A stretch of DNA of 64,000 bases. Origin: an uncultured Zetaproteobacteria bacterium. GTDB lineage: Bacteria > Pseudomonadota > Zetaproteobacteria > Mariprofundales > Mariprofundaceae. The notes under the pieces are model-generated. The model was not told where the DNA came from. It did not search any database and was given only the letters and a program-made list of their open reading frames with translations. Position 1 is the first letter of the stretch; each line of letters begins with the position of its first letter. The stretch spans positions 1,025 through 65,024 of the forward strand of contig CAYRBJ010000001.1 of assembly GCA_964422615.1 (NCBI GenBank), in the 5' to 3' direction. Positions 41,218-48,847 of the stretch are shown in pieces. The position numbers and the translations under genes are program-made.

Positions 41218-41496
41218 TCAATGATAGTGGCAGAGATAGGAGACCTCCGTTTTCAGGCGCACCCGGAAGCGGGCATTGCCCGGCACCTCGAAGCACTGGC
41301 CGGCGGCATACTCGACCCAGTCGGCATCCGGAAGCTTGACGGCCATTGCCCCGGTGGTGATGGCCATGGTCTCGGGTTTGACGGTGCCGAACTCGTATTC
41401 GCCCGGCATGATGACCCCCACCGTGGCCTTGCCCTCATCCGACTGGAAGGCGATCGACTTCACCTTGCCGTTGAAATATTCGTTAACCTTGAGCAT
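41218..41496 (-). CDS. ppnP: Pyrimidine/purine nucleoside phosphorylase PpnP (YaiE, DUF1255)
   Basis: [17 protein letters not shown]...GEYEFGT...E.M.....; 92 aa, cupin-like, matching E. coli YaiE in length. Confidence 0.88.
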   Translation of the reverse strand: MLKVNEYFNGKVKSIAFQSDEGKATVGVIMPGEYEFGTVKPETMAITTGAMAVKLPDADWVEYAAGQCFEVPGNARFRVRLKTEVSYLCHYH

Positions 41497-42877
41497 GCAC
41501 GCTCCTTCCCATGTTGGTGGGCGATCCGTATGCCAATCCATCCCGCCAGGCGGCCAGAGCGGCCAGGGCCCGTTCCGCAATCTTGCGCCGACGCTCGGAT
41601 TTGCCAAGCCGGCGTTTTCCCTCGCTGGCCGGTTCCGGGGGCAGCAGGCCGAAATTGATATTCATTGGCTGGAAGTCCTCGCCACGCGTGCCCGAAATAT
41701 GTCCGAGCAGGGCTCCGTGCGCGGTGGTTCCGGGCGGCGGCAGCGGCGTGTGCCCGCGAGCCATGTCGGCCAGGAAGATACCGGCCATCAGCCCCATCGA
41801 GGCCGATTCAACATAGCCTTCGACACCGGTGATCTGGCCTGCGAACAGGATACGCGGTTCCTTCTTCAGGCGCAGGCTTCCGTCAAGCAGCAGAGGAGAG
41901 CGGATGAAGGTGTTGCGATGCAGGGATCCCAGGCGGAAGAACTCTGCCTGTTCCAGTCCCGGGATCATGCGCAGCACGCGCAGCTGCTCGCCGTATTTCA
42001 TCTTGGTCTGGAATCCGACCATATTCATCAGGGATTTGGCGCGGTTGTCCTGCCGCAGTTGGACCACCGCATAAGGTATGTCGCCGGTCACCGGATGCGC
42101 CAGCCCCACGGGCTTCATCGGCCCGAAACGGAGCGTATCGCGCCCGCGCGCGGCCATCACCTCGATCGGCATGCAGCCCTCGAAGTACGGCACGTTCTCG
42201 AAGCCCTTGAATTGAACCGTTTCAGCTTGCAGCAGGGCATCGACGAATGCCTCGTACTGGTCACGGTCCATCGGGCAGTTCAGATAATCGCCCTGCGAAC
42301 CCTCGGCCAGGTTCTTGTCGTAGCGGGATTTCCAGTAGGCGGTGTGCATGTCGATGGATTCGGCATCGACGACCGGGGCGATGGCATCGAAGAAACTCAG
42401 GTGTTGCTCGCCGGTCAATCTGCTGATGGCCGCGAACAACGCATCGGAGGTCAAAGGGCCGGAGGCGACCAGCACCAGCCCTGTGCCCGGGATTTCCCGC
42501 ACCTCGCCGGTGACGAGCTCGATCAGCGGCTGGGCGCGTATGGCCGCCGTGACGGTTTGCGAAAATAGTTCGCGATCCACGGCCAGTGCTCCACCGGCCG
42601 GTAATCTGGCTTGATCGGCCGCCCGCATGATCAGGGAATCGAGCTGGCGCATCTCCGCATGCAGCAGCCCGACGGCGTTTTCGATATTGTCAGCCCGGAA
42701 GGAATTCGAACACACCAGTTCGGCCATATCACCGGTGCGGTGGGCCGGGGTCAGCGTGGATGGACGCATCTCGTGCAGGCGCACGCGGAAGCCGCGACGG
42801 GCGAGCTGCCAGGCGGCCTCTGAGCCGGCCAACCCGGCGCCGATGATGGTGATGGGAGATGACGTCTGCATCCGCAT
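41483..42877 (-). CDS. trmFO: Methylenetetrahydrofolate--tRNA-(uracil54-C5)-methyltransferase TrmFO
   Basis: [21 protein letters not shown] and [12 protein letters not shown] motifs. The start is at MRMQTSSP. Confidence 0.9.
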   Translation of the reverse strand: MRMQTSSPITIIGAGLAGSEAAWQLARRGFRVRLHEMRPSTLTPAHRTGDMAELVCSNSFRADNIENAVGLLHAEMRQLDSLIMRAADQARLPAGGALAVDRELFSQTVTAAIRAQPLIELVTGEVREIPGTGLVLVASGPLTSDALFAAISRLTGEQHLSFFDAIAPVVDAESIDMHTAYWKSRYDKNLAEGSQGDYLNCPMDRDQYEAFVDALLQAETVQFKGFENVPYFEGCMPIEVMAARGRDTLRFGPMKPVGLAHPVTGDIPYAVVQLRQDNRAKSLMNMVGFQTKMKYGEQLRVLRMIPGLEQAEFFRLGSLHRNTFIRSPLLLDGSLRLKKEPRILFAGQITGVEGYVESASMGLMAGIFLADMARGHTPLPPPGTTAHGALLGHISGTRGEDFQPMNINFGLLPPEPASEGKRRLGKSERRRKIAERALAALAAWRDGLAYGSPTNMGRSVHAQG

Positions 42878-42927
42878 CAGGCTACGGACAGCTTGCGAAG
42901 CTGCAAGCGTGAGGCTATACCTGCCGC

Positions 42928-43641
42928 ATGTACCGCGTGCTGCTTTTCGCTCTGCTGTTGCTGATTTCCGTGCCGGCCATGGCCGAAGAGCCGAAAGGGA
43001 CCCAGGTATCCCTGTCGGCCCAGGCTGAGCAGATGCTGCCCAATGACGAGGTTGTGGTGCGCTTGCGCATCGAGGCAGAGGGGCCGAAAGCGGATGCACT
43101 GCGCCGGACGGTGAACCGCATCAGCCGGATGGTCAGCGAGCGGCTTCGGCGCGAGAAGCATGTGGTGCAGAGAACGACCGGCAGGCGCATGGAGCCGGTA
43201 TGGCATTACGACAACGTATCGCACAGGCAAATCAGGGATGGCTGGCGGCTCGTGCAATCCGAACGGGTTACCAGCACCGAGCTGGATGCCGTGCCCGATT
43301 GGGTGGATGCGATCGAACAGGCCGGGGCGCATCTGGATGGCCTGGCGTTTCGGGTATCCAGGCAAGCGGAACATGCCGCCCGGGACAGGCTGCGCATGCA
43401 GGCCGTGGCGGCATTCCGGGCCCGCGCAGCCCTTACCGCCAAGGCGCTGGATGCGTCCTCGTTCCGGATCCTGCGCCTGAATACGAATGACACGATGCCA
43501 AGGCCCATCCAGCCGGTGATGGGGATGGCCATGGCGGCCAAGGCCCAGGCTGCGCCGGCGCTGGAGGCGGGGCAAAGCCGCATTACAGTCAGGGTGTCCG
43601 GCGACATCCTGCTGCCCGAGAAGGACTACCCCGTCAAATAA
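42928..43641 (+). CDS. SIMPL domain (DUF541, YggE-like) periplasmic protein
   Basis: Signal peptide [15 protein letters not shown] and overall SIMPL-like layout, ending ...[13 protein letters not shown]. Confidence 0.75.
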   Translation: MYRVLLFALLLLISVPAMAEEPKGTQVSLSAQAEQMLPNDEVVVRLRIEAEGPKADALRRTVNRISRMVSERLRREKHVVQRTTGRRMEPVWHYDNVSHRQIRDGWRLVQSERVTSTELDAVPDWVDAIEQAGAHLDGLAFRVSRQAEHAARDRLRMQAVAAFRARAALTAKALDASSFRILRLNTNDTMPRPIQPVMGMAMAAKAQAAPALEAGQSRITVRVSGDILLPEKDYPVK

Positions 43642-43671
43642 AAGCGAATACGCCCGTATACACGGCCATGC

Positions 43672-44133
43672 CTAACAGGGTGCGGCCGATTCCAGTTTCA
43701 GCAGCCGTGTTTTCCACGCCAGCCCGCCACCGAAGCCGCCTAGGCTGTGCGCTGCCACCACCCGGTGGCAGGGGATCAGGATGGGCAGGGGATTGGCACC
43801 GAGGGCCTGACCGACAGCACGCGGCGAGGATCGAAGGTCCCTGGCCAACTCACCGTAGGTCCTGGTTTCTCCCCGCGGGATGGTGAGCAGGACTTGGCGC
43901 AGCAGGGCCTGAAACGGAGTGCGCGGGGGTGCGATCGCCGGCAATGGCAGCGCGTGGCCGGTGAAATATGCGCGCAACCACATGGCCACCGGATGGTCAG
44001 GCGGGCACTCCTCATGCGGAACCTGCCGGGAACCAAGGCGGATGGCGTGGCAAACGTCCCCCCCATCCAGTTCGAGCACCAGCCGGCCGAATGGTGAATG
44101 GTATTGGACGGTGGTATGCGCGGAGCCAGACAT
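43672..44133 (-). CDS. ogt: Methylated-DNA--protein-cysteine methyltransferase
   Basis: Active site IPCHRVV and TYGELA motifs. Confidence 0.92.
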   Translation of the reverse strand: MSGSAHTTVQYHSPFGRLVLELDGGDVCHAIRLGSRQVPHEECPPDHPVAMWLRAYFTGHALPLPAIAPPRTPFQALLRQVLLTIPRGETRTYGELARDLRSSPRAVGQALGANPLPILIPCHRVVAAHSLGGFGGGLAWKTRLLKLESAAPC

Positions 44134-44216
44134 GGGTTTCAGCCTAGCAGATTACCGGCATGGAGGTGCGCCATCTAGGCGAGGGCAGAGACAGGAAGTA
44201 CAATATGCACGCAAAT

Positions 44217-44292
<76 letters not shown>

Positions 44293-44304
44293 TGTCCCAC
44301 GTGT

Positions 44305-44335
44305 AGGAAGGCCGACCATCCAAGTCGGCCTTCCT
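44305..44335. terminator. Strong hairpin between tRNA-Ala and the convergent channel gene
   Basis: 12-bp perfect stem aggaaggccgac / gtcggccttcct with a 7-nt loop. There is no clear T-run on either side. Confidence 0.5.
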
Positions 44336-44359
44336 GTGTCTACCCTGCTCTGAATGATT

Positions 44360-45457
44360 TCAGAATTGCGTTCTTCCCACCCGCACCCGGCCTTTTGGCG
44401 TCGAGAAGATGGCGCCTGCCGAAACCTTGCTTCCGCGGAGCACCAGCACGATATTGTCATCCGCCTCGATGCGCACATCCTCGCCGGGATGGCGGATGCT
44501 CTGGCCGCCCACGCGGTCAATCTGGACGATAAAGAAAGCGCCTTGCCCCCGACGCTCGGCTTCACCCACCGTTTCGCCGGCCAGGGCGCTGTCGTTTGCA
44601 ACCGTGATCGCCTCCATCTCCAGTCCGAATTCGTGCAGGCCGCGCTTGATGTCTCGCAGCTGCGGCGCATCCCCGATAAAGCGCGCCGTCGTCGGGTACA
44701 GGATCATCTCGGCGATGCGCTCTGCGCCGATATGCGTGGGCAGAACGACCCTGTCTGCACCGGCGTGGAACAGCTTGCTTTCCGTTGACGGCACCTCACC
44801 GCGTGCGATGATTTCAAGATTGCTGTTCAGCTTGCGCGCGCTCAGCGTGATGAAAACATTCGTTGCATCGTTGGGCAGGACCGTGGCGAGCACCTTGGCA
44901 CGGCTGATACCGGCAGCAGCAAGTGCGCTTTCATCAGTGGCATCGGCGGTGAGGCAGAGGAAGCCCAGTGCCTGAATCTCGGCGCTCTTCCCGCTATCAC
45001 GTTCGATGATGACAAAGCCGGTACGGGCTGCCTGCAGCTCATGGGCCAATTGTACCCCGATGCGGCCGAAGCCACAGACGATGACGTGATTCTCCAAACG
45101 GTCAATTTGTGTTTGCATGCGATCCAGCCCCAACATCCGACGTAATTGAGAGACAGTAAAAACCTGAACGAGCGCACCCGTCAACACGATCATGCCGGTG
45201 CAGCCCAATACGATGGTACCGGTGGTCAGGGCGCGCAGATACAGGGTGTTGATCGGGTGCACTTCGTCGTATCCGACCGAAAAGATGGTCAGCGTCACCA
45301 TATAGGCGGCATCGCCAAGGCTCCATCCGGCGGCGACGTAGCCGATGGTGGCTATGGTGAAAAGAATAACGACGAAGCCCAGAACGATGGCAAGGTTGCG
45401 CAGCGGTGAACCAAGAACTACGTCGGCAGCCGACGAGATCGTTTTTCTCGTGTCCAT
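44360..45457 (-). CDS. Two-TM potassium-channel homologue with RCK (TrkA-N / TrkA-C) domains
   Basis: Pore region TLTIFSVGYDEV and a Rossmann VIVCGFGRIGVQLA. It has an MthK/Kch-like architecture. Confidence 0.85.
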   Translation of the reverse strand: MDTRKTISSAADVVLGSPLRNLAIVLGFVVILFTIATIGYVAAGWSLGDAAYMVTLTIFSVGYDEVHPINTLYLRALTTGTIVLGCTGMIVLTGALVQVFTVSQLRRMLGLDRMQTQIDRLENHVIVCGFGRIGVQLAHELQAARTGFVIIERDSGKSAEIQALGFLCLTADATDESALAAAGISRAKVLATVLPNDATNVFITLSARKLNSNLEIIARGEVPSTESKLFHAGADRVVLPTHIGAERIAEMILYPTTARFIGDAPQLRDIKRGLHEFGLEMEAITVANDSALAGETVGEAERRGQGAFFIVQIDRVGGQSIRHPGEDVRIEADDNIVLVLRGSKVSAGAIFSTPKGRVRVGRTQF

Positions 45458-45656
45458 CTTGCCGACCCGATCCCTTCAAGTTTGGCGGTAATGCCGCCTC
45501 GATCGTTGCATGTCGCCATATGGCTGTCCAGCGATGATACCGCAGGCGATTGCCCGCATTGCCTGCCGAACACAAGCATGTGAAAACACCCTTGTAAGAA
45601 TTAGCACCCGGCATGGACAAACCGTTTGACCAAGCATACCAACGACAGGGGAAAAC

Positions 45657-45917
45657 ATGCCGAAAATCGAAATCTATTCCGGTGACTACTGCCCATTTTG
45701 CCAGAGGGCCAAGGGGCTGCTCACACAGCGTGGCTATGTCTATACCGAGTACAATGTTCAGCTGGATTCAACCAAGCGCGAGGAGATGATGATTCGATCG
45801 GTTGGTGCCCGAACCATCCCACAGGTCTTCATCAATGGACGCCATGTCGGGGGGTATGACGCGTTGTATGCCCTGGATCGCAAGGGTGAACTGGCCGATT
45901 GGCTGGCAAGGGTCTAA
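45657..45917 (+). CDS. grxC: Glutaredoxin 3
   Basis: CPFC active site and TIPQVFINGRHVGGYD. Confidence 0.93.
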   Translation: MPKIEIYSGDYCPFCQRAKGLLTQRGYVYTEYNVQLDSTKREEMMIRSVGARTIPQVFINGRHVGGYDALYALDRKGELADWLARV

Positions 45918-45967
45918 CCACCGTCGGTGTGAACGATTAAGCATGCACACGCCTTAGGAGGGGATAG

Positions 45968-46822
45968 ATGCGATCGGGATTTTACCAGGACTTTGCCGGA
46001 GAATTGATCGGAACTGCGACCCTCGTTTTTTTCGGCTGCGGTTCCGTTGCAGTGAGCATCTTGTTCTCGGCCAATGCGGGACTGATGCAGATCGCCATGG
46101 TCTGGGGTGTGGCGGTGACGCTGGCGATCTATGCCACCAGGCATCTTTCATGCGCCCATCTGAATCCGGCGGTAAGCCTCGCCATGGTGGCCGCAGGGCG
46201 GATGCAGGCGTCAAAACTACCCGCCTACCTTGGAGGCCAGTTCCTGGGTGCTTTTCTCGCCGCAGCGCTTGTCTACGTGCTCTTTGCCGATTCCATCGCC
46301 CATTTCGAAGCCCTGCACAACATGATCCGCGGCACCCATGATTCCATTCGCACGGCGATGATGTTCGGCGAGTTCTACCCGAATCCCGGTGCCGGCAGCG
46401 TGGTATCCATATCCGAGCCAGGTGCTTTCCTGGCAGAAGCCATCGGCACCTTTGCGCTGGTGTTCATGATTTTCAACCTTACCGAAGGCTGCAATCTCGG
46501 GCGGCCCGACAACGCATTGGCTCCGTTATTCATCGGTGCTACGGTCACGATCATCATTTCGGTGATCGCGCCGCTAACCCAGGCGGGCTTGAACCCGGCC
46601 AGGGATCTGTCTCCGAGACTGTTTTCGATGCTGGCCGGCTGGGGTGGAGCGTCCATGCAGGACGCCGGGTTCGGGTCGATCACGGTCTATGTGCTCGGGC
46701 CGATTGCCGGAGCCTTGATGGCGGCCTTCGCCTTTACCCGTCTGGTCGAACCGTTGATGAACAACAAGCCCTGTGAATCTTGTGTGTCTAAAGGAGAGGA
46801 ACATGTCCGCGCTGAGTCATGA
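45968..46822 (+). CDS. MIP-family aquaglyceroporin (GlpF/AqpS-like)
   Basis: Two NPA boxes (HLNPAVSLA and GLNPARDLSPR; the NPARD form is typical of aquaglyceroporins). The C-terminal tail is NNKPCESCVSKGEEH. Confidence 0.9.
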   Translation: MRSGFYQDFAGELIGTATLVFFGCGSVAVSILFSANAGLMQIAMVWGVAVTLAIYATRHLSCAHLNPAVSLAMVAAGRMQASKLPAYLGGQFLGAFLAAALVYVLFADSIAHFEALHNMIRGTHDSIRTAMMFGEFYPNPGAGSVVSISEPGAFLAEAIGTFALVFMIFNLTEGCNLGRPDNALAPLFIGATVTIIISVIAPLTQAGLNPARDLSPRLFSMLAGWGGASMQDAGFGSITVYVLGPIAGALMAAFAFTRLVEPLMNNKPCESCVSKGEEHVRAES

Positions 46823-47849
46823 CAACCTGAAGGAATATTATGGGAAGGTTTTGCAGAAATCGGCGGATTTGAAAACCAACGCATGCTGCTGTGATCCGGA
46901 TGCGATGGCCTCCGACATCAAGGCGGTGTTGAAACTGATCCATCCCGACATCACCGATCGGTTCTATGGCTGCGGATCGCCGATCCCCCCCTTGCTCGAA
47001 GGAAAAACCGTGCTGGATCTCGGCTGCGGTACGGGCCGCGATGCCTATATCCTGTCAAAACTCGTGGGAGAATCGGGCCGGGTGCTCGGCGTGGATATGA
47101 CGGACGAACAGCTGACGGTAGCGCGTAAGCATATCGGGTATCACATGGAGGCGTTCGGGCATGCAAGAGCCAATATCGAATTCCGGCAGGGCTTCATTGA
47201 AGATCTTCAGGAGATCGGCATCGCCGAGAATTCCATCGATGTGGTGGTCTCCAACTGCGTGATCAACCTCTCCCCTGACAAGGGCACCGTGTTCCGGGAA
47301 ATCTTCCGGGTGCTCAAGCCGGGCGGCGAGCTGTATTTCTCCGATGTGTTTGCGGACCGTCGCATCCCTGAGCATCTGCAGGACGATCCGGTACTGCACG
47401 GCGAATGCCTGGGCGGAGCCATGTACGTCGAAGACTTCCGCCGCCTTCTGTTGCGGCTCGGCTGCCCCGATTATCGCACGGTATCGAGGGCCCCGATCAC
47501 CATCGATAACGCCGAGGTGGAAGAGAAGATCGGCATGGTGGGATTTACGTCCGTCACCGTCCGGGCATTCAAGCTCGATACCCTGGAGGACATCTGCGAG
47601 GACTACGGCCAGGTGGCCGCCTATAACGGGAACATCCCCAATCACCCCCACTACTTCGACCTTGATGACCATCACCGCTTGTATACGGGCAAGCCCATGT
47701 TGGTGTGCGGCAATACGGCAGCCATGCTCGGCCAGACCCGGTTCGAGTCCTGCTTCACCGTAACGGGGGACCGATCGGTGCATTTCGGTCCGTTCGACTG
47801 CACGCCGGCAGCCGATCGGACCCCTTCCGCTGGCGGCGCATGCTGCTGA
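46803..47849 (+). CDS. arsM: Arsenite S-adenosylmethionine methyltransferase (AS3MT/ArsM type)
   Basis: EYYGKVLQKSADLKTNACCC, YGCGSPIP, VLDLGCGTGRD, SNCVINLSPDK, GELYFSDV and GECLGGA motifs closely parallel animal AS3MT. AAAGGAGAGG precedes ATG 46803. Confidence 0.9.
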   Translation: MSALSHDNLKEYYGKVLQKSADLKTNACCCDPDAMASDIKAVLKLIHPDITDRFYGCGSPIPPLLEGKTVLDLGCGTGRDAYILSKLVGESGRVLGVDMTDEQLTVARKHIGYHMEAFGHARANIEFRQGFIEDLQEIGIAENSIDVVVSNCVINLSPDKGTVFREIFRVLKPGGELYFSDVFADRRIPEHLQDDPVLHGECLGGAMYVEDFRRLLLRLGCPDYRTVSRAPITIDNAEVEEKIGMVGFTSVTVRAFKLDTLEDICEDYGQVAAYNGNIPNHPHYFDLDDHHRLYTGKPMLVCGNTAAMLGQTRFESCFTVTGDRSVHFGPFDCTPAADRTPSAGGACC

Positions 47850-47977
47850 TGCGCAGAAGGTGATCAGCCGCAACTGGATTGCCGCCTACACACGCCATGT
47901 CGGTGTGAATCCACGACCGAGGCGATAGCCCGCCCGATTGTCGTGCATGAAGGCACCGGTTTGATCATGCTTCGGGC

Positions 47978-48388
47978 ATGGATTGGGCCCTGTTTCTGTC
48001 GGCACTGACCTCGTCCACCCTGCTGCCCGGCAGCTCGGAGGCGTTGTTGGTTTACAGGCTGCATGCGGGCGGCGACCCGTCGGCATTGGTGCTTACGGCA
48101 ACCGTCGGCAATGTGCTGGGCAGCCTGATCACCTACGGCATGGGCCGGTTGGGCAATGAGGCGGTGCACCGTAAATGGCTCGGGATGGGTGACAAGGAAG
48201 TGGCCCGGGCCGAGCGCTGGTTCGGTCGCTACGGGCAGCCCTCGCTGCTGTTCGCCTGGCTGCCGGTGGTCGGCGATCCGCTTTGCCTGGTCGCCGGGCT
48301 GCTGCGTAGCCCCGTGGCATGGTTCGTATTGCTGGTAACAGCCGGCAAATTCGGGCGTTATGCGGCCATCGCCTGGCTGACCGCCTGA
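47978..48388 (+). CDS. yqaA: YqaA family (DedA/SNARE-associated-like) membrane protein
   Basis: LLPGSSEALLV, RYGQPSLLFAWLPVVGDPLCLVAG motifs. Confidence 0.8.
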   Translation: MDWALFLSALTSSTLLPGSSEALLVYRLHAGGDPSALVLTATVGNVLGSLITYGMGRLGNEAVHRKWLGMGDKEVARAERWFGRYGQPSLLFAWLPVVGDPLCLVAGLLRSPVAWFVLLVTAGKFGRYAAIAWLTA

Positions 48389-48400
48389 CCGGCGCCAACC

Positions 48401-48772
48401 TCAGCCGCCATCATCCTCTCCATCCGCCGGTGTGCGCCCCGATGCCCCGGCATCGGTGAGCAGCGCCTCGATCTCTGCCAGTGCGGCGCTGTTGCTGGAT
48501 TCGATCAGGCCGAGCAGGTAGTTTTCGATCCCGCGCGGCAGCATCTCCGGTTCATCGAGGGCGCCGCGGTTGTAGGCGATCAGGCCGTTCAGAAACTGTT
48601 CGAGCTGTGCATCGCCGAGCTGTTCATGGTTCTTGTTGCCGCTGCCGGCCATGAAGCTCTTGATGCGGCTGCTGCTGCATGCCAGTCCTCCAAGCGCGAA
48701 CACCTCCTGCACCTCGAAGTGCCGCAGGTTGTTGGCGATGATGATCTTCTTGAAGATTCGATTGTTATCCAT
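48401..48772 (-). CDS. DUF1456 (YehS-like) protein
   Basis: Duplicated about-60-aa helical module. The assignment is from recall of family features, so it is moderate. Confidence 0.6.
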   Translation of the reverse strand: MDNNRIFKKIIIANNLRHFEVQEVFALGGLACSSSRIKSFMAGSGNKNHEQLGDAQLEQFLNGLIAYNRGALDEPEMLPRGIENYLLGLIESSNSAALAEIEALLTDAGASGRTPADGEDDGG

Positions 48773-48847
48773 GCCCGAAGCCTAGCTGCGCAGGACGTTC
48801 TCCGACAGCGGCGGTCGCGGGTCTGGTTCAACAATGCCGGAAGCACC

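Noticed and set aside
41276-42568. 430-aa plus-strand ORF
   Set aside because: It is antisense to ppnP and trmFO. It is a shadow ORF.
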